A stretch of DNA of 64,000 nucleotides from Candidatus Saccharimonadota bacterium (lineage in GTDB: Bacteria > Patescibacteriota > Saccharimonadia > Saccharimonadales > UBA4665), in the NCBI GenBank assembly GCA_028286405.1, contig JAQBRP010000008.1, forward strand, positions 2,958-66,957. The letters are read 5' to 3'. The position numbers and the translations under genes are program-made. The first letter of the stretch is position 1. Each line of letters starts with the position of its first letter. Under the pieces are notes generated by a model. That model did no database searches and was not told where the DNA came from. It worked only from the letters and a program-made list of their open reading frames with translations. Shown here one piece after another: positions 34,385 through 43,912 of the stretch.

Positions 34385-35599
34385 CTACTCGTTGCGCAGG
34401 GCAGCGATCGGGTCTTTGCGAGCAGCTTTGAGGGCTGGCAAAGCGCCAAACAAAATACCGAATCCACAGGCCGCCAGGCAGGCGACGCCCGCAGCGCGCC
34501 AATCGTAAATCGGTGCTAGGCTGGTAAAAATACGCAGGAACAGGCAGACGAAGAAGGCAAAAATAGCACCCAGAATACTGCCGACCACACACAGCACCGC
34601 CGCCTCAGTTATAAACTGATTTAAGATTTGCCGGTTAGTCGCCCCGACAGCTTTACGAATACCAATTTCATGGATGCGTTCGGTAACCGACACCAGCATG
34701 ACGTTCATAATGCCAACGCCACTGACCAGCAGGGTAATAATAGCCGCCGCCACAATCAGCTGGGTTAGCAGATCGAAGGCTGAGGTGGTAGCTTGGGCTA
34801 ACTCGGCTGGTGTCAGCACCGCAAAATCATGCTGGCCACCGTGTTTTTTGGCCAGTGCCTTGGCAACTGCCGCATCGGCATCAGTAAGGCTGTGGTCACT
34901 ATCGACTTTGGCCAGTACTTCATACACTGGCGCACCGTTAGGTGCCAAGCTGCGGACTGCCGCGTTCGGTACAAAAATGGCGTTATTAAAATTGGTGCTG
35001 CCGGTAAATGGCGTCGAGGCAAACTTGTCGAGCACGCCACTGACAATAAACTGCTGGCCGCGAATCGTAAAGCTGCGGCCCAGCGGTACCCGCTGATCAA
35101 ACATTTTGTCGGCTGCCGTCGCCCCCAGCACCGCCAAGTTATTGCTATCGGTCGAACTAAAGAAGGCACCAAAGGCCAGCTCCTGGTTCACGACAGTTGA
35201 TAGCTCGCCACCGACAGCAAAGACCACGCCGTTAAACGACGAATCACCCTGGGCGGAGCCGGCCACAATCGTTAGGGGCACGCTATCGACCACACTCGGC
35301 ACTTTACTAATGGTGTTGACGTCTTTGGTCGTGAGCGAAGCGGTGGCGTTGGCTTCCGTCAGCGTCGCCAGCGATGACTCGGTACCGCCAATTTGGGCCG
35401 GTCGAATGGTCAGTACATTCTTACTGTACTGATTGGTTTGCTCGGTGACGGCCGACTTAATGCCGTTACCAATGCTCACCACGCTGGTAACAGCTGCCAC
35501 GGCAATAATAACGCCCAGCATGGTCAAAAAGCTGCGCGCCCGGCTGGAGCGCATGGTATGCAGCGCCATGCCGATGTTTTTGTTCAACATAAATGTCAT
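34385..35599 (-). CDS. ABC transporter permease (MacB/FtsX family)
   Basis: MacB_PCD-like periplasmic domain between TM1 and TM2, and a C-terminal FtsX domain (RIHEIGIRKAVGA). Confidence 0.85.
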   Translation of the reverse strand: MTFMLNKNIGMALHTMRSSRARSFLTMLGVIIAVAAVTSVVSIGNGIKSAVTEQTNQYSKNVLTIRPAQIGGTESSLATLTEANATASLTTKDVNTISKVPSVVDSVPLTIVAGSAQGDSSFNGVVFAVGGELSTVVNQELAFGAFFSSTDSNNLAVLGATAADKMFDQRVPLGRSFTIRGQQFIVSGVLDKFASTPFTGSTNFNNAIFVPNAAVRSLAPNGAPVYEVLAKVDSDHSLTDADAAVAKALAKKHGGQHDFAVLTPAELAQATTSAFDLLTQLIVAAAIITLLVSGVGIMNVMLVSVTERIHEIGIRKAVGATNRQILNQFITEAAVLCVVGSILGAIFAFFVCLFLRIFTSLAPIYDWRAAGVACLAACGFGILFGALPALKAARKDPIAALRNE

Positions 35600-36504
35600 G
35601 ACTTGGCTCGTTTCTGGGTAGCTTTGGGTTTTTTACTACTGGCGCGCTTACGGGACTTGGCTTTGGTGCGCACCGACGGTTTGCTGGGCAGGGCTTTCAT
35701 GAGTGTTGAAACACCCGCCAAGTCATCTTCTTCGCTGGACCTCGAAACGTTATACATCTGCTTGCGAGCGGTTTTAGCCACCTTACCAATTTCGGTTTGT
35801 TCATCTTGGATAATTGCACCATCGTGCATATAAATAACTCGAGTGGCGTAGCGGGTGAGTTCGGGGTTGTGGGTCACGAAAATAATAGTGTTGCCGACCT
35901 TGTGCAATTCGCTGAGCAGCTCCATGACCAGCAGACTACCGTTACTGTCGAGGTTGCCGGTAGGCTCATCAGCTACTAGCAGGCTGGGGTTGTTCACCAG
36001 CGCCCGAGCAATGGCCGCGCACTGCACCTGCCCACCGCTGAGCTGGCCAGGCAAGAAGTACTCGCGGTTCTGCATACCCACACGCTCTAGAATGTTGCTA
36101 GCAATTTTTTGTCGTTTAACCGTGCCCATGCCGGTATAGCTAAGGGGCAGGGCAACATTTTCGAGCACCGTTAGGCGCGGCAGCAAGTTAAAAGACTGAA
36201 AAATAAAGCCCAACGTGTCACGGCGTAACTTGGCTGCCTGGTTGGATCGCAAGCGATCAACCCGGCGACCGTTCAGGGAATAGGTACCGTGGGTTGGGCG
36301 ATCCAGCAGGCCAATCAGATTCATGAGCGTGCTTTTACCGCAGCCACTGGGCCCCATAACGGCCACGAATTCGCCTTTTTCGATCTTTAAACTGACTTCG
36401 TCGAGCGCCAATGTGGTAGCATCGCCGAAGCCGTACAGTTTACTGACGTCTTGTAGTTCAATAACAGCCATTCCTACCCAGTTTAAACCTGTCTTTGCGT
36501 TCAC
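35596..36504 (-). CDS. ABC transporter ATP-binding protein (MacB/LolD-like) with a Lys/Ser-rich C-terminal tail
   Basis: Walker A GPSGCGKST, LSGGQ, and Walker B LLVADEPTGNLD. A ~70-aa basic tail. The start is either the GTG at 36504 or the ATG at 36471. Confidence 0.88.
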   Translation of the reverse strand: MNAKTGLNWVGMAVIELQDVSKLYGFGDATTLALDEVSLKIEKGEFVAVMGPSGCGKSTLMNLIGLLDRPTHGTYSLNGRRVDRLRSNQAAKLRRDTLGFIFQSFNLLPRLTVLENVALPLSYTGMGTVKRQKIASNILERVGMQNREYFLPGQLSGGQVQCAAIARALVNNPSLLVADEPTGNLDSNGSLLVMELLSELHKVGNTIIFVTHNPELTRYATRVIYMHDGAIIQDEQTEIGKVAKTARKQMYNVSRSSEEDDLAGVSTLMKALPSKPSVRTKAKSRKRASSKKPKATQKRAKS

Positions 36505-36634
36505 TGCAACCCGCTAATGTAGTAATTTTTGGCCCTTGGGGTAATCGAGGCACGCAACTGGTGTTTTTTGCTATATTCACTTTTCACTCATCAGCAATAA
36601 TTCTGTATAATGAACTCCTGTCGAGCCGATACAC

Positions 36635-36724
36635 GGAGAGGTGCAAGAGTGGTTTAATTGGCACGCTTGGAAAGCGTGTGTGGCAGCAATGTTACCAAGG
36701 GTTCGAATCCCTTCCTCTCCGCCA
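36635..36724 (+). tRNA. tRNA-Ser (anticodon GGA), CCA encoded
   Basis: Acceptor GGAGAGG/CCTCTCC, anticodon stem CACGC/GCGTG with loop TTGGAAA, long variable arm, T arm AAGGG-TTCGAAT-CCCTT. Confidence 0.9.
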
Positions 36725-36730
36725 GCACTA

Positions 36731-37585
36731 TTAACTTTCTATAGTTTTCTTAATCGCATGTAAGCTAAGGTCAGCCACTAGCTCCAGCATAGGGGCCATC
36801 CCAAGCGACGTATTATCAATAGTTATGGCCAGCGGTAAGGCTTCACCGCCATGTGACTGCCAAGATTGGTCCACCGCCTCCTTAGCCGTCATAGTATCTG
36901 GATTAAATATCACAGTCGCGGTTGGCGATATAAACGGTCGGTCGGCTCGCTGACGATCACGATTGCGCCGCCCCAAAACGTGCTCAGTTTCGGCTGCGAT
37001 CTGTTCGTCCGTAGGGTCGGTTATACCTCGATTCAGCCAAGCCCGCCTAGCGGCTTCTGCTGGCTCGCAGGTCATATACAAGTCGAGAACCGTATGTACC
37101 GGGATAGTTAGGTTAGGCAGCTCGTCTTCTACGCGACGACGGGGATTGCGGCCGTCCAAAATAATAACATCAGCTTCGGCTTCGTGCGCCTTTTCAATTG
37201 AGAGCTTAAACCATTCAGCGCCTGCTTGCTGAGCCAGGGGCAGCTCACCAAGCACCGACACCGACTTAGAAATCGCATGGCGTTGCAAGTCACCCAGGTC
37301 GAGCGTCCGATCGTAGGCTTGACGCGTTTCATATATCGCCTGCGCGGCTTGCTCCAGTACAGATCCACGCGGTAATTCATCGGCTTCGTCTAGTTCGAGA
37401 TATTGGCGTACGAGAGCTACGTAGCGCCGGTAAAAATCCCCAGCAACGTCGTAGTAAACATGGTATTTTTGAGTGAGAGCTTCGACAATAGCCTTGCTAG
37501 CGGCACCTTTGCCGGTCTTGGTTTCACCGTCAATGTAAACGGCCAGTAGCATTTTGCTCTCGGGCATTAGGGTATAGTCTAGCAA
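36731..37585 (-). CDS. cytidylate kinase-like protein
   Basis: By-eye alignment to Cmk: IDGETKTGKGA P-loop, D.AGDFYR, ILDGRN, CEPAEAARR and RRNRD.QR blocks. Longer than typical Cmk. Confidence 0.6.
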   Translation of the reverse strand: MLDYTLMPESKMLLAVYIDGETKTGKGAASKAIVEALTQKYHVYYDVAGDFYRRYVALVRQYLELDEADELPRGSVLEQAAQAIYETRQAYDRTLDLGDLQRHAISKSVSVLGELPLAQQAGAEWFKLSIEKAHEAEADVIILDGRNPRRRVEDELPNLTIPVHTVLDLYMTCEPAEAARRAWLNRGITDPTDEQIAAETEHVLGRRNRDRQRADRPFISPTATVIFNPDTMTAKEAVDQSWQSHGGEALPLAITIDNTSLGMAPMLELVADLSLHAIKKTIES

Positions 37586-37616
37586 ATTACAGCGGTGGAG
37601 GCTATACTGGCCGCAT

Positions 37617-38420
37617 ATGATTAAAGTCTACTCCTGGAACGTCAACGGTATTCGGGCCGTCATTAAAAAAGAGCTGTGGCAACCATTTATTGATGCCGAG
37701 CAGCCCGACATCATTTGTTTACAAGAAACCAAAGCCAAGCCCGAACAGGTCGAAATCGACCTGCCAGGGTATGATCAGTTATGGTATTCGGCCGAAAAGC
37801 CGGGCTATTCTGGTGTCGCGCTATTCTCAAAACTAAAGCCGCTGCAGGCAGTGAACGGTTTTCCGCAAGATATTATTGAGCAATTTGGTGTGACCGGTGA
37901 CACCTACGGCGATCCTAATAAAGAAGGCCGGGTATTGGCAGCTGAGTTCGAAAAGTTCTGGCTGGTAACCGTCTACACACCAAATGCCAAAGATGATTTA
38001 AGCCGCATTCCGGTGCGCCACGACCACTGGGATCCAGCCTTTTTAGCCTACTGTAAACAACTCGAAGCAAGCGGTAAGCCAGTGCTATTCTGTGGCGATT
38101 TAAACGTCGCCCACACCGAAGATGATCTGGCCAATCCCAAGCCCAACCGCGGCAAACGGGGTTTCACCGACGAAGAACGACATGGCTTTCAGAACTTTGT
38201 TGATGCTGGTTTTATCGACACCTTCCGCCTGTTTACACAGGGTAATGGCCACTACAGTTGGTGGTCGCATTTTGCCAAGTCGCGCGAACGTAATGTCGGT
38301 TGGCGCATTGACTATTTCTTGGCCTCTGAAAGCCTGCGAAACAACATTAAGACAGCTACCATCCATGCCCAAATTATGGGCTCGGACCACTGTCCGGTGA
38401 GCGTTACGCTCGACATCTAA
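37617..38420 (+). CDS. xth: exodeoxyribonuclease III
   Basis: SWNVNGIRA, CLQETK, GDLNVAH and SDHCPV motifs. Confidence 0.9.
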   Translation: MIKVYSWNVNGIRAVIKKELWQPFIDAEQPDIICLQETKAKPEQVEIDLPGYDQLWYSAEKPGYSGVALFSKLKPLQAVNGFPQDIIEQFGVTGDTYGDPNKEGRVLAAEFEKFWLVTVYTPNAKDDLSRIPVRHDHWDPAFLAYCKQLEASGKPVLFCGDLNVAHTEDDLANPKPNRGKRGFTDEERHGFQNFVDAGFIDTFRLFTQGNGHYSWWSHFAKSRERNVGWRIDYFLASESLRNNIKTATIHAQIMGSDHCPVSVTLDI

Positions 38421-38992
38421 TGGCCACCAAAGTCGCCATTCAATACGGAGTTGTTACCGGGCCATGGGTTGGCAAAAAATTTCGACGCGCATTGACGGCC
38501 GCTGGGTACCGGCACGTCGAGGACATCGCCGAAGCCGACATCATCATCACCCACTCCGCTGGTTGTTTTTGGCTACCCCCGAGCGACCAGCCACTGCTGC
38601 TTATTAATCCGCTGTACTGGCCAGGGAAGACCATAAGGCAGCGAGTCAAAGACCGTGCTCGATCACACCGCCACTACCGCCAGAACGGCTATCCGCTCGG
38701 CTACTGGTTGGGCCGCACCTGGTGGGGCGTTTACTACGGGATTGTTGATTACCGGCGTACCCGCAAGATAATGAACTACGCCGAGCAGTTTGACTTACCG
38801 CAAGCTATCGCTGCGATTGCCGGGCGACGAGTCGTTATTGTACGCAACGACAAAGACGACTGGCTGACGCCCGATCTTGACAGCCTCCGGGCGGCAAATC
38901 CTAAATTGAGTATTATCAGCGTGCCCGGCGACCATGACAACTGCTGGTATAACCCCGAACCGTACATTGCCGCAATCAGGAGCCTAGTGTAG
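38420..38992 (+). CDS. hypothetical protein
   Basis: 190-aa ORF overlapping the xth stop by 1 nt. The HSAG motif hints at a hydrolase fold, but weakly. Confidence 0.45.
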   Translation: MATKVAIQYGVVTGPWVGKKFRRALTAAGYRHVEDIAEADIIITHSAGCFWLPPSDQPLLLINPLYWPGKTIRQRVKDRARSHRHYRQNGYPLGYWLGRTWWGVYYGIVDYRRTRKIMNYAEQFDLPQAIAAIAGRRVVIVRNDKDDWLTPDLDSLRAANPKLSIISVPGDHDNCWYNPEPYIAAIRSLV

Positions 38993-38996
38993 CTAT

Positions 38997-39782
38997 ATGG
39001 ATCATTCGTACTGGCAGCGGCAGACTGCCGACAAACCGCTATTCCCAGATTTGCTGTGGAGTCGACCCGAAAACCGGGCCCATGCCGGTAAATTATTAAT
39101 TGTTGGCGGCAACGCCCACGGATTCGCCGCGGCCGCCGAGGCTTATGCGCTGGCAAATAGTGCCGGGGCGGGCAAGATTCGGGTTTTGCTGCCGGACGCC
39201 CTGCAAAAAAGTGTGGGCCCCATGTTTGCGGCAGGGGAATATGCCCCCAGTACGCCAAGCGGCAGTTTCGCCCAAACGGCACTGGGTGAGTTATTACCCA
39301 TGGCACATTGGGCCGACGGCGTACTGCTGGCTGGCGATCTCGGCCGTAATTCTGAAACCGCTATTTTGATAGAGAAGTTTTTAACTAAACATCCTGGGCA
39401 GGTGACACTTACCAAGGATGCCATCGAATATATTACTTCGCAGCCAGCCCTGGTTCGGGAACGGGCCAATACGTTGCTGGTGCTCAGTTTCTCGCAGCTA
39501 CAAAAATTAGCCGTGGAGCTCAAGTTTCCTATCGCCTTTACGTCAGGCATGGACTTGCTACGGGCAGTCGATGCCTTGCATGAGCTTAGCGGAGCCTTTC
39601 CGTTTGCCATTATCACTCGACATCTCGACAATTTGCTGGTGGCAATCGGCGGGCAGGTGAGTAGTACGCCGTGCAAAGTCGATGAGCGCGTTTGGCGGCT
39701 CAAAAAGGCTTCGAGCGCAGCAGTTTGGCGGCTGCAGAACCCGAGCAAACCATTTGAAGCCTTAACTACTGCTGTTGCATAA
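38997..39782 (+). CDS. YjeF C-terminal-like carbohydrate kinase fold protein (possible NAD(P)HX dehydratase)
   Basis: HAGKLLIVGGN.HGFAAAAEAYALANSAGAG motif resembles the YjeF_C N-terminus. Confidence 0.5.
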   Translation: MDHSYWQRQTADKPLFPDLLWSRPENRAHAGKLLIVGGNAHGFAAAAEAYALANSAGAGKIRVLLPDALQKSVGPMFAAGEYAPSTPSGSFAQTALGELLPMAHWADGVLLAGDLGRNSETAILIEKFLTKHPGQVTLTKDAIEYITSQPALVRERANTLLVLSFSQLQKLAVELKFPIAFTSGMDLLRAVDALHELSGAFPFAIITRHLDNLLVAIGGQVSSTPCKVDERVWRLKKASSAAVWRLQNPSKPFEALTTAVA

Positions 39783-39829
39783 TCTATTAAATTTGAAATT
39801 TCATTAAATAACGGTTATAATATATTATT

Positions 39830-40732
39830 ATGTCTCTTGCAACTGGGGCACCCACTGAAACCCTCACACCTGCTGTGCTCACTGCTGGGCAAGTTTACAT
39901 GGACTACGCCATTGAGAGCGCCGCTCATCAGCAACATCCGTCGTCGGAAATAAGTGATAACGAGTTCTATCGGGCATCACTCCACTTAGCCTTGGTCTGG
40001 AAAGCAACCAGGGACACGCTAGGCGACCCCAGGGAAGATCCGCTCAACCAATTGGCACTTGATGCACTCGAGGATCTACCGCACAGGACAACAAGCCAGC
40101 TTTTTTATCGGAACGTACTCCTAAACGCTCATGAGCTAGTGACTAGTCGACGCCAGGAGGTTAGTCCCGAGCTAAAACAACGAGTGTATGTCCACGCCGC
40201 AGAACGCGCACTTGATATGCGTAATATTGTAGAGGAAAGTCGTCGTCGTCCCGAACACACCCCACGACTTCAACGCATACTGGGTATCGCCTGCAGCACC
40301 GCTGTTGTAAACCGTCATGGCTTCGCTATGCCAGCCCCGGCGCACCAATTACTTAATAACTATGTCTATACTCACGGCAGCGTCTTGCTGCGCCGCGACG
40401 ATACAAGAACACTCCTTGGCGGCGGCCTGCGCTTCGACACGCAATTTGATTGCGCAGGATACAACGACCACCAGCAGGGCGATCGGGCGGCATTTACAAA
40501 AGGGTACTCCCCGTCGGTACGGCTACTTTCGGCGCATTGCGATCTACAACTTGAGGGTGATGATCGAGGGGTTGATGGCGTGCTCGATGCCCTTGAAGTT
40601 GACCTGGACGAAGGCGAGACACCAGCGAAAACCATAGAGCAACTCGATAAGCTGAGCGACAAGCTTATACGGACATTGATTTGGGGCAAGTCTCGAAGTG
40701 GGACGCGTCAGCCGCACCGCAAGAGGAAGTAG
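39830..40732 (+). CDS. hypothetical protein
   Basis: 300-aa ORF with TATAAT 8 nt before the ATG. No family recognised. Confidence 0.5.
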   Translation: MSLATGAPTETLTPAVLTAGQVYMDYAIESAAHQQHPSSEISDNEFYRASLHLALVWKATRDTLGDPREDPLNQLALDALEDLPHRTTSQLFYRNVLLNAHELVTSRRQEVSPELKQRVYVHAAERALDMRNIVEESRRRPEHTPRLQRILGIACSTAVVNRHGFAMPAPAHQLLNNYVYTHGSVLLRRDDTRTLLGGGLRFDTQFDCAGYNDHQQGDRAAFTKGYSPSVRLLSAHCDLQLEGDDRGVDGVLDALEVDLDEGETPAKTIEQLDKLSDKLIRTLIWGKSRSGTRQPHRKRK

Positions 40733-40856
40733 GGGGATATCCCTCTGGGATATATCTGCGTCGCTTACTCGGAGCAAGCTCCTGCGTGAGCTCCTTGCTA
40801 TCTAACCCAACTCGCTTCGCTCGCTAGGGTTCGGTTCCGCTACGTTGCTCGGCCAG

Positions 40857-40894
40857 AAAGTAAAAAGACTAGCAGTTGCTAGTCTTTTTACTTT
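40857..40894. terminator. bidirectional intrinsic terminator
   Basis: AAAGTAAAAAGACTAGCA-GT-TGCTAGTCTTTTTACTTT. Confidence 0.75.
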
Positions 40895-40979
40895 TGGTGG
40901 GCGAGGAGGGAATCGAACCCTCACTCCGTAAGGAACACGATTTTGAGTCGTGCGCGTATACCAGTTCCGCCACTCGCCC
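40895..40979 (-). tRNA. tRNA-Leu (anticodon CAA), CCA encoded
   Basis: On the reverse complement: acceptor GGGCGAG/CTCGCCC, anticodon stem CACGA/TCGTG with loop CTCAAAA, long variable arm, T arm GAGGG-TTCGATT-CCCTC. Confidence 0.88.
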
Positions 40980-41092
40980 CTAAGCCGGTGGACGGCTCAT
41001 AATCTGTTATAAGCATAATTGCTTACCGGAACGTGGCTCAATTGTACTATACTTTACTATCAGAGAGCCACAAGTGGCAGAATCAAAATAGT

Positions 41093-42412
41093 ATGACCGA
41101 TCACCCCAACCCCACCGACAATAATTCCAAAAGCCAGTCCGATGGTTACGTCTTGCCGCGCAGCGATCCCAAGCTCGCGCCGTCAGCTGGTAGCAACGAA
41201 GCGGCCGACGTTATTCGCGATAAACTGGCCAAAATTTATGCCAGCGAACCAGACGCCCAAGCTGAAGAGCAAGAAGCCGAGACCGCCAAGCCACGCACTA
41301 AACACCAGCAGTTCATATACGAGCTCAATCACTCCGGCAAAGACTTAGCCCACATCCAAACCGAGTGGCACAACTACTACATTAATCTGCCCGACGATGA
41401 GAAACATGCCGTTTGGCAGGAGTTTTACGCCAGTAACGAAACGTCGCAGCACGGCACCCAGCAACTGCCGGCCGACACGCCCACCGACGCCGAAAAAATG
41501 GCCAGCATCCGCAGTCAGCTCGGTACCAACAGCGGGGTCACCAAAAAAGCTCGACAAGACAAGCGCAGTACCAGCGACATCCAAAAGAGCATTCACGACC
41601 AGTTTAGTGGTCGCCGCAAGCCAAGTGCCAAACAACATTTGCAGTCGCTGCTGTTTGGCCTGACTATTGGCACCGTAGCCGTCCTTATATTTCTGTTTGG
41701 TTTCTTTAACGAAGTTATAATTGCGCCGTTTATTCAGCCGGCCCGCACCAGCGCTGCCACGCCGCTGATTGTTACCAGCGACACCGTAGCACCATCGGCC
41801 ACACCACAGGTGATTATTCCTAAAATTAACGTCCAAATCCCGATTCAGTTCGACATTAACGCCACCGATGAAGCCACCATGCAAAAGGAACTAGAATCTG
41901 GCGTAGCGCATTATCCAACCACTTCCAACCCCGGACAAAACGGTAACAGTGCCTTCTTTGGCCACTCCAGCAACAACATCTTCAATAAAGGGAAATACAA
42001 GTTCGCCTTTGTGCTGCTGCATCAGCTGGTGCCGGGCGATACCTTTTACATCACCAAGGACAGTAAAGTTTACGCCTACAAGGTGTTCAACACCAAGATT
42101 GTTGAGCCGAATCAGGTCGAGGTACTCGACCCGGTTGAGGGGCACACCGCTACAGCCACGCTCATCACCTGTGACCCGCCAGGCACCAGTTTACGGCGTC
42201 TAGTAGTAACCGGTGACCAAATCAGCCCCGACGTCAGTAGCAACGCGGCGGTCAGCAGTAACACCGAAGTCACCGCTGAACCGCAGCTCACCGGCAACGG
42301 TCAAACTCTGTGGGGCCGCTTTATTAGCCAAGGAATCAGTAAAGCGGCCATCGTCGTGGCTGTAGTTATTACCTTTATCGTGGTGGTTCGCAAAACGCGA
42401 CCAGACTACTAA
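41093..42412 (+). CDS. sortase (class E-like) with a long N-terminal region and TM anchors
   Basis: FGHSSNNIF and ATLITCDPPGT (TLxTC) motifs. The start is uncertain: GTG at 41033 or ATG at 41093. Confidence 0.75.
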   Translation: MTDHPNPTDNNSKSQSDGYVLPRSDPKLAPSAGSNEAADVIRDKLAKIYASEPDAQAEEQEAETAKPRTKHQQFIYELNHSGKDLAHIQTEWHNYYINLPDDEKHAVWQEFYASNETSQHGTQQLPADTPTDAEKMASIRSQLGTNSGVTKKARQDKRSTSDIQKSIHDQFSGRRKPSAKQHLQSLLFGLTIGTVAVLIFLFGFFNEVIIAPFIQPARTSAATPLIVTSDTVAPSATPQVIIPKINVQIPIQFDINATDEATMQKELESGVAHYPTTSNPGQNGNSAFFGHSSNNIFNKGKYKFAFVLLHQLVPGDTFYITKDSKVYAYKVFNTKIVEPNQVEVLDPVEGHTATATLITCDPPGTSLRRLVVTGDQISPDVSSNAAVSSNTEVTAEPQLTGNGQTLWGRFISQGISKAAIVVAVVITFIVVVRKTRPDY

Positions 42413-43884
42413 AGATCGGCGGCGGTGAGCAGGGTAGTCTGGGTCAGCTGGGCGGCAGCGCCGGCAGTACCAGCCGTAAAGGCGTAGACATACTTGTAGT
42501 CAGGGCTGAAGAACGGTGCCGCGCCGGCTGTCGCGGGCATTAAGGTCTGGTGATTTCGCTGGTCATAATCAAACACCTGCAGCTTGCTGCCGCTCACATA
42601 GGTCAAACGATTGCCGTCCATCCACTCGGCGTGCGCTTGCGGGGCGTCGGGGGCGTCAGGCCGAGTGTACACGTAGGCGCGCTTTAAAAAGATATCGTAT
42701 ACCCCAAACTGAGTACCACCTTCAGCCACAATATATTGGGCAGTTGGCGAAAATGAAACGTAGCTCGGGTTTACAACCTTAATAGCTCGAATGGCAACCG
42801 CTGTCTTAATCGACTTGTCGCTCAACTGACCAACAGGATCGCGGTAGATGTAAACAACGCCATCGGCCACCGCGCCCAGCACTACGTATGGCGCACCGCG
42901 ATAGCTGGCCATGTCGAGCAGGTAGGTGTTGCTAGCAGATACTTCGCGGATACTATACTGTTTGCCATTAACGGCAATCACAATATTGGCCTTACCGGCT
43001 CGGGCACCGTCGGCGGTGGCGTAGAGCATCGTTTTGGAACCATACGATTTGTAGCTCAGCACACTGTCGAGCAACTTGACTGGCGTAGGATTATCGAGGC
43101 TGGCGGTGCTTACCGTACCGGGGACACTATCTAAGAGATTATATTTGTCATATTTGTTATCAATCAAGGTTAATGTCAGCGGGTTACTGCCCAGTGTTTG
43201 GTTAAGGTTCACCGACTTAGCGACGTCGTTACGGTCAACCAAAATAAATTCGCTGTCCGTGCCAGCCGTGTGCTTCAGCAGCACATGCTGGTTGTCATCG
43301 GCCCATTGCACAGCTGCCCAGCTTTGCTGGCCGTTATTTAGGCGAACAACTGCCGTCGGTAATGTCAGGGCTGTGGCAGCTTCAGCGGGGTTCTTTAAAT
43401 CGTACAGGTCGAACTTGGTAGCGATTGGTGTTTGCTGAACCAGTAACCAGCGACGGTCGGGGCTCTGGGTAGAAACACCCGGTGCCACCGCGTAATCAGC
43501 CTGGTTTTTGGTTACTAAGTCCTTAGGAAACAGGAAGGGGTAGTCAAAGTGCTGCACGTCGCCACCCTGGACGCTAATACTACGCTGCCAATCGCGATAG
43601 CCAGCACGCGTCAGTCGAGCGTCGTAACGACCAGCTGGCAGGCTCAGACGGGTGTTGGTCTGATCCTTCTTGTGGCCGTTTAAAGAGATGTCAGCCGGAT
43701 TGGGCTGACTCGACAAGAACACTAGTCCGTTTTGGACTACTTGGCCCTTGCTGTTCACACCGAAACCGTTTGCTTGGTAGACCAGCACCATGGTGCTAAT
43801 TAAAATGGCAATGCCAATCAGCACATAGCCGCTGTAGAGCAGAATGGCGTGTTGTCGTCGTTTTTTGGGGTCGAGAAAGTCCAT
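42409..43884 (-). CDS. PEGA domain-containing membrane protein
   Basis: N-terminal TM helix followed by a PEGA-like module (ISLNG......T...LSLPAGRYDARLTRAGYRDW). Confidence 0.75.
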   Translation of the reverse strand: MDFLDPKKRRQHAILLYSGYVLIGIAILISTMVLVYQANGFGVNSKGQVVQNGLVFLSSQPNPADISLNGHKKDQTNTRLSLPAGRYDARLTRAGYRDWQRSISVQGGDVQHFDYPFLFPKDLVTKNQADYAVAPGVSTQSPDRRWLLVQQTPIATKFDLYDLKNPAEAATALTLPTAVVRLNNGQQSWAAVQWADDNQHVLLKHTAGTDSEFILVDRNDVAKSVNLNQTLGSNPLTLTLIDNKYDKYNLLDSVPGTVSTASLDNPTPVKLLDSVLSYKSYGSKTMLYATADGARAGKANIVIAVNGKQYSIREVSASNTYLLDMASYRGAPYVVLGAVADGVVYIYRDPVGQLSDKSIKTAVAIRAIKVVNPSYVSFSPTAQYIVAEGGTQFGVYDIFLKRAYVYTRPDAPDAPQAHAEWMDGNRLTYVSGSKLQVFDYDQRNHQTLMPATAGAAPFFSPDYKYVYAFTAGTAGAAAQLTQTTLLTAADL

Positions 43885-43912
43885 ATTTGGTTGGTATGTA
43901 GTATGAAGCCTC

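Noticed and set aside
34674-35833. Several plus-strand ORFs (34674-35096, 34829-35200, 35106-35432, 35393-35833).
   Set aside because: All are antisense to the clearly identified MacB-type permease and ATPase genes.
40741-40860. Possible tRNA-derived relic or att repeat next to tRNA-Leu (GGGTTCGGTTCCGC resembles a T-arm).
   Set aside because: There is no second copy and no match to the tRNA-Leu 3' end. The resemblance is limited to a short T-loop-like string, so support is insufficient.
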